64,000 nt of DNA from Pseudomonadota bacterium (GTDB lineage Bacteria; Desulfobacterota; Desulfobacteria; Desulfobacterales; RPRI01), in NCBI GenBank assembly GCA_043825875.1, contig JBDRRF010000038.1, positions 1 through 64,000 of the forward strand. Direction: 5' to 3'. The notes beneath the pieces are model-generated. The model saw only the letters and a program-made list of their open reading frames with translations. It did not search any database and had not been told where the DNA came from. The position numbers were made by a program, and so were the translations under genes. Of this stretch, positions 10,666-20,103 are shown piece by piece (the stretch's first letter is position 1; the number at the start of each line of letters is the position of its first letter).

Positions 10666-11487
10666 CTATTGATACGCATAGGAGTTGACCTGCGAGGTCT
10701 GGCGGTTAAGAATCAAACCAAGCACCTTTTCCCTGGGCAGCATTTGCAAAGCTTTGTTGACTTCGGACATGGGCGTTTTGCCGGCCTGCACAACCAGTAT
10801 AATCCAGTCTACCAGCGGAGCAAAAGCCAGTGCATCGGCTCCGGCAAGAAGAGGCGGAACATCAAAGAACACATAACGCTCAGGATATCGGCCCTTCATC
10901 TCTGTAGCAAGCTCCCGCATCCGCGGCGATGCTATAACTTCGCTGCTCTCGTGGATGGTTTTACCGCCCGAGATAACTGTCAGCTTTTCCACACCTGGCC
11001 AAACCACAAGATCATAAACAGGTGTGCCATCGAGTAAATGGTTTATAAGCCCTACATCGCTATGATAACCCATTGTCTCATGGATGCTCTGCTTCCGCAG
11101 ATCACAATCCACCAGCATGGCAGTGTGTTCGTATTCCTTTGCAAATGTGAGAGCAAGGTTTATGGCAGTGGTTGTTTTGCCTTCTCCGGGAAGGGCGCTG
11201 GTAATCATTATGGCACGTCCTCCCTGTTCCTGAGTTAGGCGCAGTATGCGGGTTCGAAGTACATTATAGTACTCTACTTCCGGACTGTTCGGGAACATAG
11301 CCACACAACGGTTTTTTGAAATAATATTAGGATCAAGCCTTACGCTCTTGGACTGAGAATAGTTTGGAGACACCCAGCCGGCTTTCTTCTTGCTTTCGGG
11401 CAAAGCGGCAAGATCAATTTTATCAGTCGGATCTGCTTCTTTTGATTCCTTTTTTTTCGTTTTGTCAGAAAACATATTAAGTTTCAT
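10666..11487 (-). CDS. CpsD/CapB-family (BY-kinase) polysaccharide biosynthesis tyrosine autokinase
   Basis: ITSALPGEGKTT Walker A, LVDCDLR, FFDVPP. Confidence 0.9.
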   Translation of the reverse strand: MKLNMFSDKTKKKESKEADPTDKIDLAALPESKKKAGWVSPNYSQSKSVRLDPNIISKNRCVAMFPNSPEVEYYNVLRTRILRLTQEQGGRAIMITSALPGEGKTTTAINLALTFAKEYEHTAMLVDCDLRKQSIHETMGYHSDVGLINHLLDGTPVYDLVVWPGVEKLTVISGGKTIHESSEVIASPRMRELATEMKGRYPERYVFFDVPPLLAGADALAFAPLVDWIILVVQAGKTPMSEVNKALQMLPREKVLGLILNRQTSQVNSYAYQ

Positions 11488-11572
11488 AGGGTGCTCCTTT
11501 TGATTTTAATAGCTTTGAGAAATGACCAATTTTGCTTCTTATTTCAACTCATAAAACATCTTTTTCTTATTT

Positions 11573-13147
11573 CTAAAATCTCATCCTCAAGTAACGCAAT
11601 ATACGAATCCATAAAACACCCAGATCTATAATAAATAAATGAATAACTACCAGAGCCACCAAAGCACATACAATCATGGCAATCAGTAAAGATATTCGTT
11701 TTTTTCTATGCCGGGCTAAATCTTCCGTTGTGACAATCTCCGGTATCTCTGCGAGAACGGGTATCTGAAAGGCCTTTGTTAAGTCATCGGATCGGCGAAC
11801 TGATTGGTCGGAGAATTCCTGGATAGAGGCCATACCCACTCCAGCGCCAATTCCAAAAATAAGCCCGATAAGAAGAATAACCGGAATATTCGGCTTTACC
11901 GGTTTCTCAGGAAGTCCGGCAGGGCTGATCAGCGTAAAGCGCTCACCAAGCTGATCCTTTTCAAGTCCTGATGCCACCTTTGCTTCCATAAATTTTTTCA
12001 TCAGATCATTATATTTAGCCTGTGTACTATTTCTTTCAGCCAGCAGATTATTATATCCTTCCTCTACACGGGGAGAAGCTTCAATTCTTTGATTAAAATT
12101 ATTTCTTTTTATTTTCAAATCGTCAATCTGTCGTTTTGCAGATTCGATTTCTGATTGTATGCTGGCCAATTGTGAACTGATGGTAATGTACGCAGGAGTG
12201 TCTAATTGTCGAACCGCCGATAAATCACTTACAGTATTTTGACGTTTTTCAAGCTCTGCAATTTCTGCTTTTGTTTTGATTACATCAGGATACTCATCAG
12301 ATACTCGGGTTCTTAAATTAACAAGCATTGCCCTTAGTTCCCTTAACCGTGCCTGGTCACCCAGTTGGGCATCTGAGGGTATGTTTGCCAGTTGAGCCTG
12401 AGTGGAGCTTTCTTTCTCCCGAAGGGTTCGGAGCTGGTCATTAAGCAGGCTTAAATCTTTATCAATACGGTCCAGTGTTATAAGGTTGAACTGAAATAGT
12501 TCTGGAAGGGCAACATTGTTTTTTTCTTTATAAGAGGCAATTTTCTTTTCCAATTCAGCCAGATTTTTCTGGACTGACTTCATTTCATCCTCTAAGAATT
12601 TTGTCGTACTTGATGTCTGCTGGGCCTTTACCTTAATATTTTCTTCCAGATAAAGAGACGTAAGCACATTTGCAACCTGCTGAACGACCACCGGATTTCT
12701 TCCCTCGTAAGAAATAGTAAAGGCAATTGTAGCCTCTGTGGGTCTTCCGGTCCTTTGATCGATGACATCGGCAGTCACGGTATTGAACTTTATATCCTCA
12801 TTACGCATGTTACCTACGATCTCTTCAGTCGTCATTCTATCTCTTTTATCAGCATAAAGATTGAAGCGATTAATGACGCTGAGAAGACGCGGCGTGCTCA
12901 TGATCCTCTGGGTAATGGTTTGCAGACGCTGTTCCGCAAGACTTGTCACAGTTGCCATAACATAGTCACGGGAGATTTCCTGCTCTTCGATAAGAATCGT
13001 GGATGTGGAGCGATAGACAGGGTCTATGCTAAAGCAGATTATCACGGCAATCAAGAAAACGACAACTGTCGGAACAATAAGTCCCCATCGCCTTCTTTTA
13101 ATAATTCCGATAAGCTCATTGACTGTTAGTGTGGCCTGTGTTTCCAT
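11573..13147 (-). CDS. Polysaccharide chain-length determinant/co-polymerase (Wzz/GumC type)
   Basis: N-terminal TM plus PVYRSTSTILI, long periplasmic coiled coil, PEKPVKP proline motif before TM. Confidence 0.9.
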   Translation of the reverse strand: METQATLTVNELIGIIKRRRWGLIVPTVVVFLIAVIICFSIDPVYRSTSTILIEEQEISRDYVMATVTSLAEQRLQTITQRIMSTPRLLSVINRFNLYADKRDRMTTEEIVGNMRNEDIKFNTVTADVIDQRTGRPTEATIAFTISYEGRNPVVVQQVANVLTSLYLEENIKVKAQQTSSTTKFLEDEMKSVQKNLAELEKKIASYKEKNNVALPELFQFNLITLDRIDKDLSLLNDQLRTLREKESSTQAQLANIPSDAQLGDQARLRELRAMLVNLRTRVSDEYPDVIKTKAEIAELEKRQNTVSDLSAVRQLDTPAYITISSQLASIQSEIESAKRQIDDLKIKRNNFNQRIEASPRVEEGYNNLLAERNSTQAKYNDLMKKFMEAKVASGLEKDQLGERFTLISPAGLPEKPVKPNIPVILLIGLIFGIGAGVGMASIQEFSDQSVRRSDDLTKAFQIPVLAEIPEIVTTEDLARHRKKRISLLIAMIVCALVALVVIHLFIIDLGVLWIRILRYLRMRF

Positions 13148-13172
13148 AAAATTCCTTTCCAATTATGTTACA

Positions 13173-13311
13173 GGGTTCGAGGCTTCGATGGGCCAAGGGT
13201 TCAAGTGGTTATTATCTTTATCAGGTTTTTTTGCATTTCACTCAAACCCCTGAATCCGCAAATCCTTAAATCCTTTTCCTTCTTCAACCTTGAACTGTGA
13301 ACCGTAAACCT
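13173..13311. repeat. Inverted pair of 8-mer tandem arrays plus a 7-mer array
   Basis: GGGTTCGA GGCTTCGA TGGGCCAA GGGTTCAA GTG ... CAC TCAAACCC CTGAATCC GCAAATCC TTAAATCC, then TCAACCT TGAACTG TGAACCG TAAACCT. Confidence 0.85.
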
Positions 13312-13330
13312 TTTTTCAACCCTTCTTCAA

Positions 13331-14551
13331 CTATTCCAAAAGGGGATGCTGAATATAGAGTCGAATAGAAAAAAGATGTCTATCAGCCTCTGTATCCGCC
13401 ACTTTATTATAATATTTGGTATAGTTATATGACGACTTAACAAAGATATCTTTTGATATCTTGTAACTAATGCCTGGACTAATATAGTAGCTTTTCGTAT
13501 CGATAATGTCCGTCGAGAATTCAAACTGATCTGATTTATTGGTAAAATAACCGGCATAGAGAACAGCCGATAGCTCATAGGTCATTCTAAAACCTGTGCT
13601 TAGCGTCAGAGCATCTCGTGTAACAGCATTGGAATATCCACTACTTGACGGTCGTACATCCCTAGAAAACGTGAGTTTGCCGCTACCGCGTTCTCCACTG
13701 TAATTGAGAAAAGCTTTCCCAAGCCAACCCCATCCATCTTCAGTTTCTTCATAAACTACCCACTTATATAAAAACGGCGGCAATACCGGTTCCAATCGGG
13801 ATTCTAAAAATTCAGTATGTGCATAGCGCAAACCTGCATCAATACGGGCGCTCCATAGCTCGTTGATATCTTGGGAAACCCCTATGGTCCCCATTATGAC
13901 ATCCATCTGTGTGTCCGAAAAATCGAAATTACTATAACCGAGGTTAAGATCCCCCTTAAGAGCCGGAACATATTTGTTTAAATCGTGTGTAAGCCCGGCA
14001 TTAATATCATGGGTTAGTATATCGGAATGATCCTCCTTTTCGTAAGTCTCCTTGCCATAAGCATAGGAGAATAAAAAGGCCGTTAGTTCAGTAACTTGGT
14101 AATCTGTAGAAAAAGCGGCATTGATCCGTTCCCGGCGCAAAGCCGAAGAAACAAGGCCGGTTGTTTCTATATCCCGATCAGGGCGGGAATCTCTTATATA
14201 CCCGGCATCAGCTGAAATGCCGAACCGTGGTGTAATATTATACCCAAACTTTCCCTGGTATAATTGATCCGTAGCATTAAGATCGCGGTTGTTGGCATAG
14301 TGGTTATGGTCAAACCGGATTTTGACGTTGGCATTCGACCGCTCCGTTCGATTCACAAGTTCAAAAGCCGGAGAAAGAGTTGTGACAAAGTCGCTCTTAA
14401 TGTTATCATACCCAAAAAAAACATTGCTGTTATATTCTTCTAACGCAGTTACAGAAGGTATAAGCTTAAATTCATCACTTCTTACAGCAGAAGGAATAAC
14501 AATAAAAATAGTAAAAGTAAGTATCAGATAAATGAATTTTCTATTCATCAT
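13331..14551 (-). CDS. Outer-membrane beta-barrel protein of the EPS/PEP-CTERM locus
   Basis: Signal peptide, PSVTALEEYNSNVF start, alternating beta-strand pattern, position between wza and the co-polymerase. Confidence 0.8.
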   Translation of the reverse strand: MMNRKFIYLILTFTIFIVIPSAVRSDEFKLIPSVTALEEYNSNVFFGYDNIKSDFVTTLSPAFELVNRTERSNANVKIRFDHNHYANNRDLNATDQLYQGKFGYNITPRFGISADAGYIRDSRPDRDIETTGLVSSALRRERINAAFSTDYQVTELTAFLFSYAYGKETYEKEDHSDILTHDINAGLTHDLNKYVPALKGDLNLGYSNFDFSDTQMDVIMGTIGVSQDINELWSARIDAGLRYAHTEFLESRLEPVLPPFLYKWVVYEETEDGWGWLGKAFLNYSGERGSGKLTFSRDVRPSSSGYSNAVTRDALTLSTGFRMTYELSAVLYAGYFTNKSDQFEFSTDIIDTKSYYISPGISYKISKDIFVKSSYNYTKYYNKVADTEADRHLFSIRLYIQHPLLE

Positions 14552-14569
14552 AGGGTATCAGTCCGGTGA

Positions 14570-15157
14570 TCAGGGGACAACGACTATATCGCCTTTTTTC
14601 AGTCGAATATTCTGTTCCAGATTTTCACCTTTCACAATCTTGTCATATTCAAAAGGAAATATTCGTGTCTTACCATTTTCTTCACGAAAAATCTTTATTT
14701 TATTGTTTTTTGCAAAAACATTTAGTCCGCCTGCGGTTGAAAGGGCTTGCAGGACATTGATGTTGGCATTAAGACTGATTCGGCCTGGATTGTTTACCCG
14801 TCCGATAACGTAAACAATCATGCTATTGGCCTGTCTGACTTCAAGAAACAAAACTATATCCGGTACATAGCGGACGAGTTTGCCTTCAATTTCCGCTTTA
14901 AGCTCTGTAACGGTCTTTCCGGCAGCCTGCATGTTGCCAATCAATGGAAAGGAAATAAAACCGTCAGGCAAAACAGTTGGTACGCTAGTTAATGCCTCAT
15001 CTTTCCATACTGAAATGCTCAAAACATCTCCAGGTCCGATTATATAACTCCCTGATTCAGGCAGAATAGCCTCTTCCTCAGCCGCCCAGCATATTGCATG
15101 TGACATAACCATTACAAAAGATGCCAATACAATTAAAACGTATATTTTTCTAAACAT
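14570..15157 (-). CDS. Polysaccharide export protein (Wza/Poly_export plus SLBB)
   Basis: YIIGPGDVLSISVW, PDGFISFPLIG, GDIVVVP. The ORF extension to 15241 only translates the repeat array. Confidence 0.92.
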   Translation of the reverse strand: MFRKIYVLIVLASFVMVMSHAICWAAEEEAILPESGSYIIGPGDVLSISVWKDEALTSVPTVLPDGFISFPLIGNMQAAGKTVTELKAEIEGKLVRYVPDIVLFLEVRQANSMIVYVIGRVNNPGRISLNANINVLQALSTAGGLNVFAKNNKIKIFREENGKTRIFPFEYDKIVKGENLEQNIRLKKGDIVVVP

Positions 15158-15194
15158 GGATACAGTCTCCTTCTTTGAATAGTTCGTATAGAAA

Positions 15195-15419
15195 GGGTTC
15201 AAGGATTCGAGGATACAAGGGTTCAAGTGTTTATGGTTCATAATTAAAAGTTCAAAGTTGATTGACTTGAATGCATAGAATCCTTTTTTTCATCACTCAA
15301 CACTCAAAACAGTTTTTTTCTATCACTCGAACCCTCGGATCCTTTTTCTTTCCAACCCTGAACCTGAAACCTGAAACTTTTTTTGATTTTTCCAACCGTG
15401 AACCGTGAACTGTGAACTT
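15195..15419. repeat. Mixed 8-mer and 7-mer tandem arrays in inverted arrangement
   Basis: GGGTTCAA GGATTCGA GGATACAA GGGTTCAA GTG ... CACTCAACACTCAAAAC ... CACTCGAACCCTCGGATCC ... CCAACCG TGAACCG TGAACTG TGAACTT. Confidence 0.85.
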
Positions 15420-15423
15420 TTTT

Positions 15424-17415
15424 TTAACGCATCCCATCCACTATCTTCTCAGCTTGCTCTCTGCCTGCGAATCCGGCTTCAGACGCCAAGGCCGATTGCA
15501 AATACTCTTTTGCTTTGTCAAAATTTCCGTTTTTGAAATATGCCATACCCAAATGATAAGCAAACGTAGGATTATGGGAAACTTCTGCCTGGGCTTTTTC
15601 AAGATATTCAATGGCCGGTTTCAACTCATTTCTCCGATAATAAATCCAGCCAAGAGTATCAAAAATAGCTGGATTATTTGGATTAAGCGTCTGAGCTTTT
15701 TTAGCAAGGCTCAAAGCCCGATCAAGATCTTTTGCACCCTGTCCATGTTCCGCCAGCAAAAAGGCCAGGTCATTTGCTGCAACCCAAAGATTCGGCTGAA
15801 CCTTCATTAATTGCTCATATTCTGCTGTCGCTTTGCCCCATTTCTTTCTTGCAAGATAGCTGTTTATTAGCTTTAGATAGCCAAGGGGCAGCTTGGGAGC
15901 CTGCTGTTTAATTTTTGCATATTCTTTTTCCGCCTGCCCGAAATCACCGGATGCCCGAAAGAGATCACCCATTTCCGCCCTAACCTCCAGATCTTTGGGA
16001 TTGGCATCAAGAATTTTTCGATACTGTGTTTCTGCATCTTTAAATTGTTTTTGTGTTATAAAAAGACGGGCCATAGCCCGAACTAAATCCCGTGATTTAG
16101 GCATAAGTTTTAAGGCATTTTGAACGGTATCAAAGGCTATATTGGTTTCCTTATTCAACATATGGGCCTCGGCAAGGCTAATATAGCCGGGTGCAAACTG
16201 AGGGCTTTCGTTCACAACTGTCCGAAAGGCTGAAACAGCCTGAAGTCCTTCTTTCTTCCGCAGATGAATGGCCCCCTTGATATAATTGGCATCACTGTTT
16301 TTGGGGCTTTCCTTTATTACTTCATCTACATATAACTTAGCCTTATCGATCTCATTTCTGGCAAGATAGATTCGAGCCAGTGTATTCTTTGTCTGGATAA
16401 TTTGCCGGTCAGCCGGATTATTATCCAGGGATATACATTCCTGGAGCACCGCAATAGCCTGATCATAGCTCTTCATACGCGTAAGCAAATCAACCAGGGC
16501 AAAACGTATTAAAAAACTTTTTTCATTCTTACGGATACCCTCTTTCAACTCGTGCTCAGCCTCTGCCGGTTTGTTTTTTATTATATAAAATTTAGCCGCC
16601 TGAATCCATAGTTTCTCTTTCTCAGGTTCAGCTGAAACCATGGCAGTAAGAATTTCTTTCGCCTGCGACTCTTTGCCGGAGTTCCATAAAATATCTGCCA
16701 GAATCAGACGGTGCTTTATTTCTTTTGGCTCAATATCAATAATTACCCGGGCAATTCTTATCGCTTCATCTGTCTGATTCCTTTTCAGGGCAAGGTTGAT
16801 CAGGGGAAGGTAAAGCGGTACAGCCTTTTTATTAACCTCGATGCCTTCCAGAAGTGTCTTTTCGGCCTTGTCCTCATTTCCCTTTATTTGATAGGCTAAA
16901 CTTAATAGAAGGTAACCGTCTGGCTTTTGAATCTTGCTACCCACAACATCTAAGAGAAACTTAAGCGCATCGTCCGTATTTTTTTTAGCCAGCAAAACAG
17001 CCCCTTTAAGGATATTTGCATCTTCATTGTTCGCATCGCTCTTTAAAACCAGATCTGCTTTTGCCAAAGCCTCGTCCTTCTTACCCGTGCTGAGCAACAA
17101 ACCGCCCAACTGAACATGGCTGTCCAAATTTCCCGGATCAAGTTCAACAGCCTTGGAAAAGTTTCCATAAGCAGCTCTTAGATCCCGGTTTTTCATAGCA
17201 ATCAGGCCGAGCAGATGATATGCATCGGCAAATTTAGGATCGATTTGAATAGCGTTTTTAAGCTCCAGCCTGGCCTTAACATAATCTCCTTTTTCATACA
17301 GAGCTTTGCCTTTATTAAAAAACTCCATCTTCCTCTCTTCCGGCCCGCTGCACGAAGCAAGAAACGCAATTACCACCAGCACTATCCCCAAAAAAACACT
17401 GCGCCGCATAATCAT
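15424..17415 (-). CDS. TPR-repeat lipoprotein, PrsT-like (PEP-CTERM system)
   Basis: Lipobox LASC, many TPR repeats, NDLAFL...DTLGWIYY C-terminus. Confidence 0.85.
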   Translation of the reverse strand: MIMRRSVFLGIVLVVIAFLASCSGPEERKMEFFNKGKALYEKGDYVKARLELKNAIQIDPKFADAYHLLGLIAMKNRDLRAAYGNFSKAVELDPGNLDSHVQLGGLLLSTGKKDEALAKADLVLKSDANNEDANILKGAVLLAKKNTDDALKFLLDVVGSKIQKPDGYLLLSLAYQIKGNEDKAEKTLLEGIEVNKKAVPLYLPLINLALKRNQTDEAIRIARVIIDIEPKEIKHRLILADILWNSGKESQAKEILTAMVSAEPEKEKLWIQAAKFYIIKNKPAEAEHELKEGIRKNEKSFLIRFALVDLLTRMKSYDQAIAVLQECISLDNNPADRQIIQTKNTLARIYLARNEIDKAKLYVDEVIKESPKNSDANYIKGAIHLRKKEGLQAVSAFRTVVNESPQFAPGYISLAEAHMLNKETNIAFDTVQNALKLMPKSRDLVRAMARLFITQKQFKDAETQYRKILDANPKDLEVRAEMGDLFRASGDFGQAEKEYAKIKQQAPKLPLGYLKLINSYLARKKWGKATAEYEQLMKVQPNLWVAANDLAFLLAEHGQGAKDLDRALSLAKKAQTLNPNNPAIFDTLGWIYYRRNELKPAIEYLEKAQAEVSHNPTFAYHLGMAYFKNGNFDKAKEYLQSALASEAGFAGREQAEKIVDGMR

Positions 17416-17440
17416 TATATTACCTCCATTAGAGATTAAA

Positions 17441-17573
17441 GTTGAGGGTTCAAGGTTCTGGGTTCACAGTTCACTGTTTAGGGTTCAAATAAAAAAACCC
17501 GTGTTGAGTTTTGTGTTATAAATTGATCTTATTCCCTTCACTTGAATCCTCGACCCCTCGAATCCTCGAACCC
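17441..17573. repeat. 7-mer array (x7), TGTGTTATAAA junction and reverse 8-mer array (x4)
   Basis: GTTGAGG GTTCAAG GTTCTGG GTTCACA GTTCACT GTTTAGG GTTCAAA ... GTGTTGAGTTTTGTGTTATAAA ... CAC TTGAATCC TCGACCCC TCGAATCC TCGAACCC. Confidence 0.85.
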
Positions 17574-17589
17574 TTTTTTTCTTTCTTCC

Positions 17590-19227
17590 TCACATCAACC
17601 CCCTCACACCTATAATCCCCAAACCAGCCAGAGTACTAATCGTAAGAGCATTAAATTCTCCCCTGAGTTCTGTGATCAAAACTTCATAGCTGAACAAAAT
17701 AACTATCAGTTTCACCACAAGCACTCCCATGAGATGGCTTTGTATGGAATCAACCGGAAGATTAGGAATAACAATAGCTATAAAGAGAACCAGAAAATCC
17801 ATGGTAGTCACATGGAAACCTTTACTCCTTCGGGAAAACTTGATTGTAAGAATAACAAAAAAGGCCATAACTGCCAGCCCAATATGGTACCCCATCAGTA
17901 TTTCCGGTTTCATCCAATCTGCTATTCCTTCCTGACTAAGGTAGAGGATAAGAGGAATACTCAGGTAAAGGGCAGCACGCAGGCCAAGTGCCCAGGCATT
18001 TTTCCCAAATATCCGCAGAACAATAATCAGCAAACCAAAGCCAAGTGCTATATATGACGCATATCCGGGAATGTCCTTGGGTAGAAAACAGGAAAACATA
18101 AAAATCAGCGGGATCAAGACCTTCGATGCCTCAAAAGAAATACGGATAATCAGGTGCTTGTCCCTGATTATAGCCAGCCTACCTTTGATAATGTTATCGA
18201 TCAGGTGGTAACGCTTAACCTGGAATCCTTTCCTGTCCGCTATGGCAAATGCACTGATAAATAAAGCTGAAAAGATCAGATAACCTGCAAAGCACTGATG
18301 CGCGAAGTAATACCTGAAAAGAATAGCCGAAATAATCATCAAAGACTGGATCAGATAGATAATTACAACTGCCTCGGTATGGAAAAACCCGATACTAATC
18401 AGCCTGTGATGGAAATGGTTCTTGTCCGGCGAAAAAGGAGATCGCCCCTGTTTCATCCTTTCTAACATTACAGTAAGAGTATCGAGAATCGGAAAACCCA
18501 TAATGATCAAGGGCAAAACCGGATTCATAGAACTATTCTCCTGGGTAATTTTGATCGCCAGCACAATTGCCGAAAAGCCCAGAAGCTGGCTTCCCGTATC
18601 GCCCATGAAAATACTGGCCGGATAAGTATTATATCGCAAAAATCCGAATATAGCCCCTACAAAAGCCAGAGAAAGAAATAAAACTGTATTATCCTGGATC
18701 AGATAGGCAAGAAAACCAATACAAAAGAAACCGAGCAGAGAAATCCCCCCGGCTAAACCATCAAGGCCATCGGAAAGATTAATGGCATTTGTTACTCCTA
18801 CAATCACAAGCAGAGTAAGAACAACTGCAAGCCAATTCGGCAACACTGTGCCATCGGGCAACAATGTACCGAGATTAGTGATACTGATATCCCCATAAAA
18901 TAACATAATCAGGGCAGCTAAAACTTGTCCTAGGAATTTTAGTTTGTAGCCCAATCCCTTAAGGTCATCCACCAAGCCGAAAGCAATTAGGATTCCAGCG
19001 CTAACCATATAAGCATTAATAAAAATACTTCTCGGAACCCATATTAAAAGTGGAATTAATACGCCAAGAGCAATAGCAAGGCCACCGATACGGGGTATTG
19101 GTATGGTATGGACCTTCCGCGAATCCGGCATATCAAGGGCATTTCCTCTCACTGCCAGTTTTCTTAAGATGGGAATCAGGACGATAGTGATGAATACGGA
19201 TAAAAGTAAAGCCGATATGTTTTTCAT
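17590..19227 (-). CDS. WecA/MraY-family undecaprenyl-phosphate GlcNAc-1-P transferase with C-terminal membrane extension
   Basis: RKVH..PIPRIGG, GLVDD, NAINLSDGLDGL, FMGDTG and DKNHFHH motifs. Confidence 0.9.
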   Translation of the reverse strand: MKNISALLLSVFITIVLIPILRKLAVRGNALDMPDSRKVHTIPIPRIGGLAIALGVLIPLLIWVPRSIFINAYMVSAGILIAFGLVDDLKGLGYKLKFLGQVLAALIMLFYGDISITNLGTLLPDGTVLPNWLAVVLTLLVIVGVTNAINLSDGLDGLAGGISLLGFFCIGFLAYLIQDNTVLFLSLAFVGAIFGFLRYNTYPASIFMGDTGSQLLGFSAIVLAIKITQENSSMNPVLPLIIMGFPILDTLTVMLERMKQGRSPFSPDKNHFHHRLISIGFFHTEAVVIIYLIQSLMIISAILFRYYFAHQCFAGYLIFSALFISAFAIADRKGFQVKRYHLIDNIIKGRLAIIRDKHLIIRISFEASKVLIPLIFMFSCFLPKDIPGYASYIALGFGLLIIVLRIFGKNAWALGLRAALYLSIPLILYLSQEGIADWMKPEILMGYHIGLAVMAFFVILTIKFSRRSKGFHVTTMDFLVLFIAIVIPNLPVDSIQSHLMGVLVVKLIVILFSYEVLITELRGEFNALTISTLAGLGIIGVRGLM

Positions 19228-19235
19228 GTAAATAT

Positions 19236-19306
19236 GGGTTAGGGGTTCAGGGTTCACAGTTCAGAGTTCACGGTTCAGGGTTTAAAGCTCCTATCCTGAA
19301 ACCTGA
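19236..19306. repeat. 7-mer tandem array next to the VapBC cassette
   Basis: GGTTCAG GGTTCAC AGTTCAG AGTTCAC GGTTCAG GGTTTAA then CCTGAAACCTGA. Confidence 0.85.
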
Positions 19307-19358
19307 TTTGGCCTCTCTTTTTTCTTCCCGGCGCTTATCTCTTTTCGAGAGAAAAAAT

Positions 19359-19751
19359 CTATATCCCGTAAAGATACAGACCTGCAATGGATTGAAAATG
19401 TTTATCTTTAGTGTATAGCTTTAAACCATTTTGAAATGCCACAGCCGCAATCCATATGTCATTTGTGGGGATTGGTTTTCCGATTTGTCTTAAGTTATAA
19501 AGTATTTGAGCATAGAATTCGGTAGTGTCCTCATCGATAAGATAAAGAACCACTCTGGGGCTGTCAAGAAATTGCTCAAGTTCTTTGCGGTTCTTTTTCT
19601 CCATTCCTCCAATTTTGAACCCTGACAACAGTTCTCCAATGCTGATCACAGAAAACCCGATTACGTCGATTTCTCTAAGGACTTCTACAACACTGTCATC
19701 CCCTTTGAGTGCAAGCGAGTATATATTAGTGTCAATCAGCATTCTTCTCAT
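19359..19751 (-). CDS. vapC: VapC PIN-domain toxin
   Basis: LIDTNIY, ISIGEL, PIPTNDIWIAA, YTKDKHF; ATGA overlap with the antitoxin stop. Confidence 0.93.
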   Translation of the reverse strand: MRRMLIDTNIYSLALKGDDSVVEVLREIDVIGFSVISIGELLSGFKIGGMEKKNRKELEQFLDSPRVVLYLIDEDTTEFYAQILYNLRQIGKPIPTNDIWIAAVAFQNGLKLYTKDKHFQSIAGLYLYGI

Positions 19752-20008
19752 TGCCATAATTCCAGATCAATTTTTCTTTGTTTATCAATATCTCCCTGAA
19801 TCTTTTTATGCTCAGCCTCCGACCATTTTCCAAAAAGATGGTCTAAATCGTTATACTGCTTTGAAAACTTTTTCTTCTTTTGTGTTCCAAGATTCTGACT
19901 AATCAGTTCAAGGATAAACTTGTTGACACTCTTGCCTTCACGCTGAGCAGCATGTTTCAGCTTTTCAGAAACAGAAGGATCAATTCCTCTGATTGTAATT
20001 GCTTTCAT
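19748..20008 (-). CDS. Ribbon-helix-helix (FitA/VapB-like) antitoxin
   Basis: MKAITIRGID...LKHAAQREGKSVN, DLDHLFGKWS; coupled to vapC. Confidence 0.85.
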   Translation of the reverse strand: MKAITIRGIDPSVSEKLKHAAQREGKSVNKFILELISQNLGTQKKKKFSKQYNDLDHLFGKWSEAEHKKIQGDIDKQRKIDLELWQ

Positions 20009-20023
20009 AAGCATCTCCATTAC

Positions 20024-20084
20024 ATGCTATCATATTAAAACATCTTAATGATGTCATAATATGATGTCATCGAATGCTTGTCAA
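20024..20084 (-). promoter_or_regulatory. VapBC promoter with palindromic operator repeats
   Basis: TTGACA (20079-84), 17 nt, TATTAT (20056-61), overlapped by ATGATGTCAT at 20048 and 20061; related ATGCTATCAT at 20024. Confidence 0.7.
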
Positions 20085-20103
20085 GTTTTCTTATTTCCTT
20101 GAT

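Noticed and set aside
13173..19306. CRISPR array interpretation of the short repeats
   Set aside because: Units are 7-8 nt, contiguous and without unique spacers; no cas genes in the window.
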